Of a DNA stretch of 64,000 nucleotides, positions 1-10,182 are shown in pieces (within the stretch, counting starts at the first letter, position 1; the number at the start of each line of letters is the position of its first letter). The notes below the pieces were generated by a model, which was not told the origin of the DNA, did not search any database, and worked only from the letters and a program-made list of their open reading frames with translations. The DNA comes from Pirellulales bacterium (GTDB lineage: Bacteria > Planctomycetota > Planctomycetia > Pirellulales > JAICIG01): NCBI GenBank assembly GCA_040901675.1, contig JBBDYJ010000025.1, positions 223,943-287,942 on the forward strand, written 5' to 3'. A program made the position numbers and the translations under genes.

Positions 1-5
1 GGCCG

Positions 6-1022
6 TTGCGTCCGGCCCCTCTGCACATCGGCCCGCTGCTGGTCGATCCGCCGCTGTTGCAGGCGCCGATGGCCGGGTTCACCAATTACGCCTTTCGGCA
101 GATCGTACGGCAGTTCGGCGGCGTGGGCTTGCAAGCCACCGAGATGATCAGCGCCCGCGGCTTCCTGGCCATCGACGAGCGGCTACAGGAATTTCCCGAT
201 CGGCTTTGGGGCGTTCACGACGAGCCCAGGCCCTTGGCCGTTCAAATCTGGGACAACGATCCGGCCGCCATGGCCGCCGTGGGCGCTCGCCTGGCCCACG
301 AGCTGCGCGTCAGCGTGGTGGACATCAATTTCGGCTGCCCCGTCAAGCAAGTGACCGTGGCCGCCCACAGCGGTTCCTACCTGCTGCGCGATCCCCAGCG
401 CGTGGGGGCCATTGTCGAGCGGGTCGTTGCGGCCTGCGCGCCGACGCCCGTCACCGCCAAGATCCGGCTGGGTTGCACGCGCGACAACATCACCGCCGTC
501 GAAATCGCCCAGGTCGTCGAATCGGCCGGAGCCGCCGCGCTCACCGTGCATGGCCGCACTGCCCAGGACTTTTTCAAGGGATCGGCCGACTGGGACCGCA
601 TCTCGGCCTTGAAGGGGCACTTGAAGCGGATCCCGCTGATCGGCAACGGCGACCTCGATTCACCAGAAAAAGTGGTCGAGGCTTTCGCCCGCTACGACGT
701 AGACGGCGTGATGATCGCGCGTGCGGCCCTGGGCAAGCCGTGGTTGTTTCGCCAGGCCCAGGCGGCCTTGGAGGGCCGCCCGGTTCCGCCCGATCCGACA
801 CTCGCCGAGGAGCGTGATCTGCTGATGCACCATTACCGGCTGGTTGTCGAGCGCTTCGGCGAGGAAAAGGCGACGGTGCTGATGCGCAAATTTGCCTGCT
901 GCTACGCCCAGGGCCGGCCCGGCGCCCGGGAGTTCCGGACCCACGCCTCGCGGGTGACCACGCCGGCGGATTTCTATCGGGTGGTCGAGCAGTACTTTCC
1001 CAGCCTCTCCTCCGCCTTGTAG
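6..1022 (+). CDS. dusB: tRNA-dihydrouridine synthase (DusB-like)
   Basis: LQAPMAG, DINFGCP (catalytic Cys), TVHGRT, IGNGD and DGVMIARAALGKPWLF motifs; start uncertain at window edge. Confidence 0.9.
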   Translation: MRPAPLHIGPLLVDPPLLQAPMAGFTNYAFRQIVRQFGGVGLQATEMISARGFLAIDERLQEFPDRLWGVHDEPRPLAVQIWDNDPAAMAAVGARLAHELRVSVVDINFGCPVKQVTVAAHSGSYLLRDPQRVGAIVERVVAACAPTPVTAKIRLGCTRDNITAVEIAQVVESAGAAALTVHGRTAQDFFKGSADWDRISALKGHLKRIPLIGNGDLDSPEKVVEAFARYDVDGVMIARAALGKPWLFRQAQAALEGRPVPPDPTLAEERDLLMHHYRLVVERFGEEKATVLMRKFACCYAQGRPGAREFRTHASRVTTPADFYRVVEQYFPSLSSAL

Positions 1023-1155
1023 CCCGCGAAGCGGGCGGCAGTCAATAGCCGTGGGCGTAAGCCCACGGTTCCCAGCCCGACAAGTCTGTTTTCAGCCCCC
1101 GAAGGGGGCGACAGCAAGGCGAGTCATGCTATCTAACGCCTGTCGCCGCTTGGCT
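1021..1155. repeat. REP/REPIN-like palindromic element (family B)
   Basis: Hairpins agcccgcgaagcgggc, ccgtgggcgtaagcccacgg and agcccccgaagggggcgacag, then a short inverted remnant tgtcgccgcttggct; homologous to 50696-50997. Confidence 0.75.
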
Positions 1156-1178
1156 TTATATATTTTTCGCATATTCCA

Positions 1179-1213
1179 TTGCCAAAAATGCAACAATTGA
1201 TATGATTCTCATT
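1179..1213 (+). promoter_or_regulatory. Sigma70-type promoter of the suf operon with overlapping Fur-box-like site
   Basis: TTGCCA(1179)-16 bp-TATGAT(1201) with extended -10 TG, in an AT-rich patch; minus strand reads AATGAGAATCATATCAATT, resembling a Fur box. Confidence 0.55.
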
Positions 1214-1242
1214 GGTGGATAACTAGTTTTGCGGGAGCTGCG

Positions 1243-1866
1243 ATGAGCACCGTATCCGAAACGTCCGACGCCCAATTGGTCGACTTGTTGCGCCAGCAGG
1301 GCTCCTTGAGCATCGCCCAAATCGCTGATGCCATGGGGGTTACGCCCACTGCCGTTCGTCAGCGGCTGAGCCGGCTGATGGTGCAGGGGTTGGTTGAGCG
1401 GAGCCTGGCTGACCGAGGGGCGGCCCGCGGCCGTCCGGGCCACCTGTATTCGTTGACCGAAAGGGCACGCCGGCAGGCCGGTTCGAACTACGGTGACCTA
1501 GCCATGATGCTCTGGGAGGAGATCCGTTCGGTCAAGGACCCCGCAGTCCGCCGGGGGCTGTTCGAGCGGATCGCCGGGGCGATGGCCAGGCTCTACGCCG
1601 GTCAGGTTCAAGGCGTGGGCGCGGTGGCCCGGATGGAATCGGTGAAGCGGCTGTTCGCTGATCGGCAGGTACCAATGCGGGTCGATGGCACGCCCGAGCA
1701 GCCGGTGCTGACCGTGTTGGACTGCCCCTACACGGAACTGGCCGAGCGGGATCGCGGAATCTGTGCCGTGGAGAAGATGTTGTTCGCCGAGTTGCTGGCA
1801 GCTCCGGTGCGTCTCTCGCAATGCCGGTTGGAAGGCCACAACTGCTGCCAGTTCGAAACCAATTGA
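1243..1866 (+). CDS. sufR: SufR-like HTH transcriptional regulator
   Basis: N-terminal wHTH ([25 protein letters not shown]), C-terminal Cys set CPY..C..E..C..CC; first gene of the suf operon. Confidence 0.8.
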   Translation: MSTVSETSDAQLVDLLRQQGSLSIAQIADAMGVTPTAVRQRLSRLMVQGLVERSLADRGAARGRPGHLYSLTERARRQAGSNYGDLAMMLWEEIRSVKDPAVRRGLFERIAGAMARLYAGQVQGVGAVARMESVKRLFADRQVPMRVDGTPEQPVLTVLDCPYTELAERDRGICAVEKMLFAELLAAPVRLSQCRLEGHNCCQFETN

Positions 1867-1955
1867 AACTCCGCCGCTTATGCCTACACTCATCAGTTTC
1901 ACTGTTACTTCGTGATGCACGCACCGGACAACATTCAGGAGCGGACGACCGAAAC

Positions 1956-2567
1956 ATGACCAAGCCTTGGATTGAAGGGCGATTCGAAGAGAACGCGTTC
2001 ACGACCACGGTCGAACAGGCCATTAACTGGGCGCGGCAGTCCAGTATCTGGCCCATGACGTTCGGCCTGGCCTGCTGTGCCATCGAAATGATGGCCACCG
2101 GCGCCAGCCGTTACGACATCGACCGCTTTGGTGCGGGCGCGTTCCGGGCCACGCCGCGGCAGGCCGACCTGATGATCGTGGCCGGCACGGTCACCTACAA
2201 GATGGCCAGCCGCGTTCGCCGGCTTTACAATCTGATGCCCGACCCGAAGTTCGTGATCGCCATGGGCGCCTGCACGGTGGGCGGCGGGCCGTACTTCAAG
2301 TGGGGCTATCACGTCTGCAAGGGCGTGGACCTCGTGGTGCCGGTCGACGTGTACGTGCCCGGCTGCCCGCCGCGGCCGGAGGCGCTGCTGGAGGGTTTGA
2401 TGCGGGTCCAGGACAAGATCAAGGGACACCGCATCGCCAGGGGGCCGGCTGCCGACGGGGCGGCCAGGCTGCAGTTGGACGATGAGCTGCCCATCCCGCA
2501 CCACTCCGGTTACGTGGCCGTCGAAGAGCGGCAGCCCTTGTTTGACCATCAAAAGATCACCGGCTGA
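1956..2567 (+). CDS. nuoB: NADH-quinone oxidoreductase subunit B-like [4Fe-4S] protein (no other nuo genes nearby)
   Basis: [45 protein letters not shown] at 1956 after AGGAG. Confidence 0.92.
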   Translation: MTKPWIEGRFEENAFTTTVEQAINWARQSSIWPMTFGLACCAIEMMATGASRYDIDRFGAGAFRATPRQADLMIVAGTVTYKMASRVRRLYNLMPDPKFVIAMGACTVGGGPYFKWGYHVCKGVDLVVPVDVYVPGCPPRPEALLEGLMRVQDKIKGHRIARGPAADGAARLQLDDELPIPHHSGYVAVEERQPLFDHQKITG

Positions 2568-2586
2568 GAGAATCCGACGAGAACAA

Positions 2587-3432
2587 ATGACTGATACGCT
2601 GACCATTTCCGATCTGCACGTCGCCGTCGAGGGCAAGAGCATCCTCAAGGGGGTGGATCTTGTCATCGCGCGGGGCGAAACGCATGCCCTGATGGGTCCC
2701 AACGGCTCGGGCAAGAGCACCTTGGGATTTGTCATCATGGGACACCCCGGCTACGAGGTGACCCAGGGCAGCATCGAGCTCAACGGCGCCGACGTCTTGG
2801 CGATGGAGCCCAACCAGCGGGCCCGCGCCGGCATCTTTTTGGCCTTCCAGCGGCCGATGTCGATCCCGGGGGTCAAAATGGCCGATTTCCTCCGGCACGC
2901 CGCCACCAACGTCCGCCGGCCCACCCGCAAGGAAGGCGAAGAGCTGATTCCCATGCGCGAGTTCCGCAAGGAGCTCAAAGAAAAAATGGCACAGCTCCGC
3001 ATGGACCCGGAGTTCGCCCGCCGCTACGTCAACGACGGCTTCTCCGGCGGAGAGATGAAGCGGGCCGAGATCCTGCAAATGGCCATGCTCTGCCCCAAGT
3101 TCGCCATCCTCGACGAAACCGACAGCGGCCTGGATGCCGACGCCGTCCGGCTGGCCAGCCAGAGCATTGCCGAGATCGGCGGCGACCAGATGGGCATCCT
3201 GATCATCACCCACCACGACAAGCTGCTCGAACACAACACGCCCGACTTTACTCACGTGATGCTGGGAGGCCGCATCGTCGAAACCGGTGGACCGAATTTG
3301 CCCACCAGTGGCCCGGAACTTGCCGCCGAGTTGCACCAGCACGGTTACGACCGGATCAGGGCGGCCCATCCCGAGGCGGCCGCCGACGAAGAAGCAATGA
3401 AAGAAAAGCAGGCAGTTCCGCAGGCCGTTTAA
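2587..3432 (+). CDS. sufC: Fe-S cluster assembly ATPase SufC
   Basis: [27 protein letters not shown]. Confidence 0.95.
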   Translation: MTDTLTISDLHVAVEGKSILKGVDLVIARGETHALMGPNGSGKSTLGFVIMGHPGYEVTQGSIELNGADVLAMEPNQRARAGIFLAFQRPMSIPGVKMADFLRHAATNVRRPTRKEGEELIPMREFRKELKEKMAQLRMDPEFARRYVNDGFSGGEMKRAEILQMAMLCPKFAILDETDSGLDADAVRLASQSIAEIGGDQMGILIITHHDKLLEHNTPDFTHVMLGGRIVETGGPNLPTSGPELAAELHQHGYDRIRAAHPEAAADEEAMKEKQAVPQAV

Positions 3433-3479
3433 GGCCTCGCCACGAACACCAGGCACGCAAAAGCACCGAAGGACCCATC

Positions 3480-4895
3480 ATGGCCACCGACGCAAAAACC
3501 GAAAACTTCGAAGTCGGTCTGGGCGAAATCAATAAGTACGACTTTCGCAACGACGAGAAGTACATCTTCAAGAGCCGCAAGGGGCTCGATGCCCAGATTG
3601 TCCACCAAATCTCGGACATGAAGGACGAGCCCGACTGGATGCGCGATTTCCGGCTCAAGAGCCTGGAGATCTTCAACTCCAAGCCCACCCCCAAGTGGGG
3701 CGGCAAGATCGACCTCGATTTCCAGGACATCTACTACTACATCAAGCCCTCGGACCACCAGGGACGCACCTGGGACGACGTGCCCGAGGATATCAAGACC
3801 ACGTTCGACAAGCTGGGCATCCCCGAAGCCGAGAAAAAGTTCCTGGCCGGCGTCAAGGCCCAGTACGAGAGCGAGGTGGTCTACGGCTCGCTGCGCGAGG
3901 ACCTCTCGGCGCAAGGCGTGATCTTCACCGACACCGACTCGGCCATCCGGGAGCACCCGGACCTGGTGCGGAAGTACTTCAGCACGATCATCCCGCCCAG
4001 CGACAACAAGTTCGCCGCTTTGAACTCGGCCGTCTGGTCGGGCGGCTCGTTCATCTACGTGCCCAAGGGCGTCCGCATCGACTTCCCGCTGCAAGCCTAT
4101 TTCCGCATCAACGCCGAGAGCATGGGCCAGTTCGAGCGGACGCTGATCATCGTCGACGAGGGCGCGCAGGTCCACTACGTCGAAGGCTGCACCGCGCCCA
4201 TGTATACCACCGAGAGCCTGCACTCGGCGGTGGTCGAGATCATCGTCAACAAGCACGCCCGCTGCCGTTACACCACCATCCAGAACTGGGCCAACAACAT
4301 CTACAACCTGGTGACCAAGCGGGCCGTGGCCTACGAGGACGCCGTCATGGAATGGATCGACGGCAACCTGGGCAGCCGCCTGACCATGAAGTACCCGGCC
4401 GTCTACATGATGGAGCCGGGCGCCCGCGGCGAAATCCTCTCCATCGCCTTCGCCTCGGCCGGGCAGCACCAGGACGCCGGCGCCAAGCTCGTGCACTGCG
4501 CGCCGCACACCTCGGGCCGCATCATCTCCAAGTCGATCTCCAAGAACGGCGGCCGGGCCAGCTACCGCGGACTGGTCAAGGTCGAGCCCGGCGCCAAGAA
4601 GGCCAAGTCGAGCGTGGTCTGCGACGCCTTGATCCTCGACTCCAAGAGCCGCAGCGACACCTACCCCTACATCGAAATCGACGAGCAGGATGTCACCGTC
4701 GGCCACGAGGCCAGCGTCTCGCGGATCGGCGAGGAGCAACTGTTCTATCTCACCAGCCGCGGCCTGTCCGAGCCGGAAGCCAGCACCATGATCGTCAGCG
4801 GCTTTATCGAGCCGTTGGTCAGGGAGCTTCCCATGGAGTACGCCGTCGAGATGAATCGTCTGATCGAACTGCAGATGGAGGGCTCGGTCGGCTGA
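3480..4895 (+). CDS. sufB: Fe-S cluster assembly scaffold SufB
   Basis: [44 protein letters not shown]-terminus. Confidence 0.97.
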   Translation: MATDAKTENFEVGLGEINKYDFRNDEKYIFKSRKGLDAQIVHQISDMKDEPDWMRDFRLKSLEIFNSKPTPKWGGKIDLDFQDIYYYIKPSDHQGRTWDDVPEDIKTTFDKLGIPEAEKKFLAGVKAQYESEVVYGSLREDLSAQGVIFTDTDSAIREHPDLVRKYFSTIIPPSDNKFAALNSAVWSGGSFIYVPKGVRIDFPLQAYFRINAESMGQFERTLIIVDEGAQVHYVEGCTAPMYTTESLHSAVVEIIVNKHARCRYTTIQNWANNIYNLVTKRAVAYEDAVMEWIDGNLGSRLTMKYPAVYMMEPGARGEILSIAFASAGQHQDAGAKLVHCAPHTSGRIISKSISKNGGRASYRGLVKVEPGAKKAKSSVVCDALILDSKSRSDTYPYIEIDEQDVTVGHEASVSRIGEEQLFYLTSRGLSEPEASTMIVSGFIEPLVRELPMEYAVEMNRLIELQMEGSVG

Positions 4896-4898
4896 TGA

Positions 4899-5076
4899 AG
4901 GCCTGAGGCTGTAGGCCTGAGGCTGTAGGCCTGAGGCTGTAGGACGAGTTGGCTTCGGGTGCCTGGGGCAAAGCGTTAAGCGTGCCCCAGTGACTGTAGG
5001 CCTGAGGCTGTAGGCCTGAGACTGTAGGACGAATTGGCGCTTGGGTGCCTGGGGCAAAGCGTTAAGCGTGTCCCAG
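4899..5076 (+). repeat. Tandem duplication (~85 bp period) of 14-bp gcctgaggctgtag repeats plus REP family A hairpin
   Basis: 4909-4990 is nearly identical to 4994-5076; each unit ends in gggtgcctggggcaaagcgttaagcgtg(c/t)cccag. Confidence 0.9.
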
Positions 5077-5096
5077 CCCTGCTTAGAATGGAATTC

Positions 5097-6401
5097 ATGA
5101 CGCAAACCGCAACCGGGCTCGGCTTCACGCCGGCCGCCTTCGAGTCGTTGATCGCCTCGCGCCAGGAGCCGTCCTGGCTGGTCGACCTGCGTGCCGAAGC
5201 CTGGCAAGCCTTCCAGGAGCTGGACTTCCCCGACCGGCGGCAGGAAGAATGGATGCGGACCGACATCCGGCTGTTCCGGCTGGACCGGTTCGCGCCGCCC
5301 GGCGATCTGCCGTCCGGGGCCGCCGCGCCCCCGCCGCTCTTGGCCCAGGGCGTCGACCTGGCCGGGCAGACTTCCTCGCTCAACAGCCGCCATCTCGACG
5401 CCCGGCTGGATGAATCCCTGGCCCGGCAAGGAGTTTTGTTCGGCAGCCTCGAAGACCTTGTGCTCCAGCATGGCGAGCGGCTGCGGCCTTACTTGTTCCA
5501 GGCCGTCCACCCAAAGGTCGACAAGTTCGCGGCCCTGCACGGCGCGTTCTGGTCCGGCGGCAGCCTGCTCTACGTGCCGCGCGGCGTGGTGATCGAGCGG
5601 CCTCTGCACGTGTTGTCGGCACTGGCGGGGGGCGCGGTCGATTTCAGCCACGCGCTGGTGGTTCTTGAAGACGGGGCCGAAGCCACGCTGGTGGCGGAGA
5701 CGGCCGGCGACGACCAGCCCAGCCTGCACTGCGGCTCGATCGAGCTGGTGTTGGGCGCGGGCGCGCGGCTGCGCTACGTCAACTTGCAGAACTGGGGCCG
5801 CGGCACCTGGCATTTTGCCCATCAAAAGGCGCTGGTCGGCCGCGACGCCGCGCTGCAGTGGACCATCGGCGCGCTGGGCAGCCGCCTGGCCAAGGTCAAC
5901 CAGCACGTGGGGCTGGTGGGCGAAGGGGCCGACGTGCAGGTCAACGGCGTGATGTTCACCGAGGGGAAGCAGCACTTGTCGTACCACACGCTGCAGCACC
6001 ATCATGCGCCCCACTGCCGCAGCGACTTGCTGTACAAGGGCGCCTTGCAGGACGAATCGCGCGTGGTCTGGCGAGGCATGATCAAGGTCGATCCAGGCGC
6101 TCAGAAGACCAACGCCTATCAGCGCGACGACAACCTGATGCTCTCCGAGCATTCCCGCGCAGACTCGATTCCGGGGCTGGAAATCCAGGCCGACGACGTG
6201 ATCTGCACCCACGGGGCGACTGCCGGCCGGGTGGACGACAGCCAGGTGTTCTATGCCCGCTGCCGCGGGCTGACGCGCAAGGAAGCCGTGCGGATGATCG
6301 TGGCCGGCTTTTTCCAGCAGGTCTTCGACCGCATCACGATCGAGAGCGTGCGGGAAGCCCTGGGAGAAGCCATCGGCAGGCGGATCCGGGAGTACGAGTG
6401 A
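5097..6401 (+). CDS. sufD: Fe-S cluster assembly protein SufD
   Basis: EEWMRTD, PGLEIQADDVICTHGATAG, YARCRGL; start 5088 or 5097 (the longer track ORF runs into the repeat). Confidence 0.93.
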   Translation: MTQTATGLGFTPAAFESLIASRQEPSWLVDLRAEAWQAFQELDFPDRRQEEWMRTDIRLFRLDRFAPPGDLPSGAAAPPPLLAQGVDLAGQTSSLNSRHLDARLDESLARQGVLFGSLEDLVLQHGERLRPYLFQAVHPKVDKFAALHGAFWSGGSLLYVPRGVVIERPLHVLSALAGGAVDFSHALVVLEDGAEATLVAETAGDDQPSLHCGSIELVLGAGARLRYVNLQNWGRGTWHFAHQKALVGRDAALQWTIGALGSRLAKVNQHVGLVGEGADVQVNGVMFTEGKQHLSYHTLQHHHAPHCRSDLLYKGALQDESRVVWRGMIKVDPGAQKTNAYQRDDNLMLSEHSRADSIPGLEIQADDVICTHGATAGRVDDSQVFYARCRGLTRKEAVRMIVAGFFQQVFDRITIESVREALGEAIGRRIREYE

Positions 6402-6459
6402 GCCTTCGGACTTCGGCCCGGCGGCAAACACCGGTTCCATTTTGGAAGAGCAACCATCG

Positions 6460-6774
6460 ATGTCCGAGTTCGTCCGCGTCGCAAAGCTCTCGGAGATCCC
6501 CGATCCGGGCAAGCGACTGGTCGAGGTCGACGACCGCCTGGTGGTGTTGTTTCACGTGGGCGGCCAGGTGTGGGCCATCGACGACGTCTGCACCCACGAC
6601 GGCGGCCCTTTGAGCGAAGGCGAGCTCGTCGATCACCAGATTGCCTGCCCCCGCCACGGCGCCAAGTTCGACATCCGCGACGGCCGCGCCCTGACGATGC
6701 CCGCCACGCGGCCCACCGTCAGCCATGAAACCAAGGTCGAAGCGGGCGAGATCTTTGTTAAACTGAAAGACTAG
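6460..6774 (+). CDS. Rieske [2Fe-2S] ferredoxin
   Basis: CTHDG and CPRHGAKFD Rieske boxes. Confidence 0.92.
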   Translation: MSEFVRVAKLSEIPDPGKRLVEVDDRLVVLFHVGGQVWAIDDVCTHDGGPLSEGELVDHQIACPRHGAKFDIRDGRALTMPATRPTVSHETKVEAGEIFVKLKD

Positions 6775-6789
6775 CAACGGAGGGCCATC

Positions 6790-7107
6790 ATGGCCATCGC
6801 TGAAGACAGCGTCCGCGAGGCGCTCAAGCAGGTGATCGACCCGGAGTTGTTCGTCAACATCATCGACCTGGGGTTGGTCTACGTGGTGTCGGTGAACGAA
6901 GGGCAGGAGGGCAAGTCGGACGTGACGATTGAGATGACGATGACCAGTCCCGCCTGTCCGGCCGGTCCGCAGTTGATTCAGAACTCCAAGGACGTCGTGG
7001 GCCGGATGGAGGGCGTCGGCCAGGTCGAAGTGAAGCTCGTCATGACGCCTCCCTGGACTCCCGACCGCATGACCGACGACGCCCGCGACCAGCTCGGCAT
7101 CTTCTAG
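6790..7107 (+). CDS. sufT: SufT/DUF59 (PaaD-like) Fe-S assembly factor
   Basis: DPEL..NIIDLGLVY, TMTSPACP, PPWTPDRM. Confidence 0.88.
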   Translation: MAIAEDSVREALKQVIDPELFVNIIDLGLVYVVSVNEGQEGKSDVTIEMTMTSPACPAGPQLIQNSKDVVGRMEGVGQVEVKLVMTPPWTPDRMTDDARDQLGIF

Positions 7108-7193
7108 CGCCGCATTCTTGCCACTGAAATAGCGCATTATAGTGAGACCGCACCGATTCGGCAGGTGCCACCGGCGTAGCTGTTCAGGAGTGG

Positions 7194-8423
7194 CTATCCT
7201 TCCAGACCGCTCGCGGAGCGAGTGGACCACAGCCCCAACCAATTCCGCTCGTCGCTGTGCTTGAGAGCCTGGGCCACCGCGGCCTCGTCCATCCACTGGG
7301 AATGCGGAATCGCCTTTGCCGCCGAACTCCCCAAGAGTTGCGGGGCGTGAACTTCAAGGGCGATGTCGGCCAGCAGGTAGCCGTGGTTCATCAGCACGGC
7401 AATCTCCGCATCCGAAAAGGCGTCCATGTCCGTGCGGATCGGGGCGATGGTGCTGGTGGCTAGTTCCTTGCTGTACCCAGGAGCCGCATTGGAGCGATAC
7501 CTCTGCACGGCACTTCCGATGCCCCAGTACGTCCCTTTCCTGATCCCGTCCACGAATTGCGAGATCAACAGGCGTTTGCGAAGAGCACCGGCTTGCTTCC
7601 CGCTGACGTTGAGGTACGCCTTCGCTCGGCCAAACAATCCGTGCGGGATGGCGGCGACGAATGGTTGCCCGCCGTCTGAAACCAAAACGGTCCCGTGCTT
7701 CTCGACTGGCTGTAGGCCCAGGTTGTCGTACAGGCCGCCATCGCTGACGCTCATGCCGATCAACCGCGACCTCTTGCCGCTCCCCTTGGGCGCCTGCACG
7801 GGCGGCATCTCAATTGGAAGTGGGCTGAAGACTGGCGGGAAGCAGGAAGAAGCTGCAACCGCCCTCGCCACGGGATAGTCGGCAGGCGGCGTGAAGTACC
7901 CGGCCTGATAGCTGCCGACCCTTCGCCGCTCAAAGACCCAGGAGACGCCAAAGACCATATCGGCGGCACAAAACACAAACGTCGGTTGCTCCGGCAGATC
8001 GGATAGCTTGAGGTCCGTCAGGTGCTTGAGGTAGCAGGCTTCGAGTGCTTTCACCTGCGTACTTGGGCGAGGCCAGTTCCAGGGCAGCAAGAAGCGTTTC
8101 AGGACCGGCGTCGTCCGGATGTCGTTCTTAACGAATCGGTGGAACGGTGCTTCGACCTTCTCGCTCCAATCGGCGAAAGGCGACCCCGCTGCCGGCCAAG
8201 GGCGGACGTGCGTTGCGAGATGGGCGGCCAGGATGCTTCCACCGGAGACGGACGAGATTGTACTGACCTTGGAAAGCACGCCGAGTTCGTTCAGCCGCCG
8301 CAGGGCACCAAGATGAAACAGGGCCGCCCGAAAACCGCCACCTGACAAGCAGAGGGCCGTGCGTGGATCGGCGGTTCTGGCCTCAAGTTCCGAGGCGTCG
8401 GCGGCTTCTTCGGGGATGGACAA
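7194..8423 (-). CDS. Patatin-like phospholipase
   Basis: LSGGGFRA, SSVSGGS nucleophile elbow, SDGGLYDN. Confidence 0.88.
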   Translation of the reverse strand: MSIPEEAADASELEARTADPRTALCLSGGGFRAALFHLGALRRLNELGVLSKVSTISSVSGGSILAAHLATHVRPWPAAGSPFADWSEKVEAPFHRFVKNDIRTTPVLKRFLLPWNWPRPSTQVKALEACYLKHLTDLKLSDLPEQPTFVFCAADMVFGVSWVFERRRVGSYQAGYFTPPADYPVARAVAASSCFPPVFSPLPIEMPPVQAPKGSGKRSRLIGMSVSDGGLYDNLGLQPVEKHGTVLVSDGGQPFVAAIPHGLFGRAKAYLNVSGKQAGALRKRLLISQFVDGIRKGTYWGIGSAVQRYRSNAAPGYSKELATSTIAPIRTDMDAFSDAEIAVLMNHGYLLADIALEVHAPQLLGSSAAKAIPHSQWMDEAAVAQALKHSDERNWLGLWSTRSASGLEG

Positions 8424-8455
8424 AGGATCGTTCCTTGAAGTTTATCCCCTTTTTT

Positions 8456-9214
8456 TCACGCGGCGGCGGGGGTCTTGCCGCGGACGCTGTGGGTGTAGGC
8501 GGCGATGACTTCTTTCGCGGGTCCGACCTGGCGGATCGTGCCGTGGTCGAGCCAGACCACGCGGTCGCAGAGGTTGGCCAGCGATGCCAATTCGTGGCTC
8601 ACCATCACGATGATCTTGGCCTTCGACATCATCTCACGCATCCGGCGGCGGGCCTTCTCCTGAAACGACAGGTCGCCCACCGAGAGCACCTCGTCGATCA
8701 GCAGGATCTCAGGCTCGATCGCCGTCGCTATCGAAAAGGCCAGGCGGACCGCCATCCCCGCCGAATAGTAGCGGACCGGCATGTCCAGAAAATCGCCCAG
8801 CTCGCTGAACTCGGCGATCGGCTGCACCTTGTCTTTGATGCTGCGGGGCGTCTCGCCCTGCAGGAAACTGCGGTAACCGATGTTCTCCCACCCGCTGGCA
8901 TCGTGCTCGAAACCCAACGCGATGTCGAACAGCGAGCTGATCTGCCCCTCGACGATCCGCCGGCCGCCCGTCAGCGGGTAGACCCCGGCCAACAGCTTCA
9001 AGAGCGTGCTCTTGCCGGCCCCGTTGTGGCCGATAATCCCCAGCCGGTCCCCCTCGTGGACCGACAAGTCGACATTTTCCAGCGCCTTCACCTGCATCCG
9101 CGGATTGACCGACTGCCGGTACATGCGGCGGACCAGGAACTCCTTGAACGTGATCCTGGAGCTCTTCCGCACGTCGAACGTCAGGCACACCTTTTCCAAT
9201 TCAATCCTGGCCAT
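8456..9214 (-). CDS. wzt: Polysaccharide ABC exporter ATPase (Wzt-like, no C-terminal carbohydrate-binding domain)
   Basis: GHNGAGKST, YSAGMAVRLAFS, LLIDEVLSVGD. Confidence 0.9.
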   Translation of the reverse strand: MARIELEKVCLTFDVRKSSRITFKEFLVRRMYRQSVNPRMQVKALENVDLSVHEGDRLGIIGHNGAGKSTLLKLLAGVYPLTGGRRIVEGQISSLFDIALGFEHDASGWENIGYRSFLQGETPRSIKDKVQPIAEFSELGDFLDMPVRYYSAGMAVRLAFSIATAIEPEILLIDEVLSVGDLSFQEKARRRMREMMSKAKIIVMVSHELASLANLCDRVVWLDHGTIRQVGPAKEVIAAYTHSVRGKTPAAA

Positions 9215-9274
9215 GCAACTGCTCCCCGGTGATTCGATTGAGTTGAGTGAGTTTCTGTTCAAGCGGCGCCGGAC

Positions 9275-10165
9275 TCAGGCTGCCCGCCGCGCCAGCCGCT
9301 TCAACCCGGCGGCCACGCGCGGAAAGCGGAGCACGACGCGGTGCAGCCCGCGGGCCACGCCCAGGCAAACCGGTCCCAGCTCTTCCAGGCTTTGCAGGCG
9401 GGCCTTCAGATCGTTGGCCGCCTGGTCGAGCTCGCCGAGCTGCCGCCGGGTCTCGGCCAGCAGGCGCTCGGACCGCTCGACCTGGTAAGAAACGAAATCG
9501 TCGAGCACGTTGGCCGGAGCGGCCAGCCGCTCGACCAGGTGGCGGTCTTCCGCCCGGATGTAGTAGCGGTTGATTCCGTCGAAAGCGGCATACAGGTAGC
9601 CGGCGGCCAGCAGGAGATGCTCCCACTCGCCGTGCGTGGCGATCGTGGTGTTGGGGCGGGTGGCTTCGACGACGACGGCCACCGGGCGCCAGCGGCGCCA
9701 GTCGCCGCCGGAAAGCACCTGGCGCTCGTGCCCCTCCACGTCGATCGAGATGAAGTCGATCGGCCCGCTCGCGTGCTGCCGGCAAACGTCGGCCAAAGTG
9801 GTGACCTCGACGGCGCGCTGGCGGCACTCAAAGCCGCGCTCGCGGCGGTGGACCTCGGCCTCGCGCGGGCAGAAAGTCGACGAGCCCGGGAAGTTGGGAA
9901 ACTCGTACAGCATCGCGGTTCCCGCCTCGTCCGACAGTGCCACGTTCAGGTTCACGTCGCGGGGTCGTGCCGCCGGGATTTTTTCGAAGATGCGTCCCGG
10001 CTCGACGTTGATTCCGCACCAGCCCCGTTCATAAAAGTAGCGCGTCACGGAGTCGTGCAGGGGATCGTTGGCGCCCACGTCGATGTAAAAGCCGCGATGC
10101 CCCGCGGCAAACAGCCGCGCCAGCAGCACGTCCTCGCGGTTCTGTGCGTAAGAGATCTGCGCCAT
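9275..10165 (-). CDS. FkbM family methyltransferase with C-terminal coiled coil
   Basis: SYAQNRED, IDVGANDP, IDVEGHE; heptad-like tail LAETRRQLGELDQAANDLKARLQSLE. Confidence 0.88.
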   Translation of the reverse strand: MAQISYAQNREDVLLARLFAAGHRGFYIDVGANDPLHDSVTRYFYERGWCGINVEPGRIFEKIPAARPRDVNLNVALSDEAGTAMLYEFPNFPGSSTFCPREAEVHRRERGFECRQRAVEVTTLADVCRQHASGPIDFISIDVEGHERQVLSGGDWRRWRPVAVVVEATRPNTTIATHGEWEHLLLAAGYLYAAFDGINRYYIRAEDRHLVERLAAPANVLDDFVSYQVERSERLLAETRRQLGELDQAANDLKARLQSLEELGPVCLGVARGLHRVVLRFPRVAAGLKRLARRAA

Positions 10166-10182
10166 CTAAAAAACTCCTTGTC

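Noticed and set aside
4899..5076. Possible CRISPR array (33-34 bp palindromic repeats; also at 59061 and 60788)
   Set aside because: At most two copies per site, spacers duplicated or irregular, copies dispersed, no cas genes; fits REP elements
3429..6512. Very long antisense ORFs (also 22336-24063, 39035-41437, 51459-54302, 57169-59055)
   Set aside because: Shadows of well-supported genes on the opposite strand in high-GC DNA; no motifs
7194..8423. CBASS defence system based on the patatin
   Set aside because: No CD-NTase or other cap gene nearby
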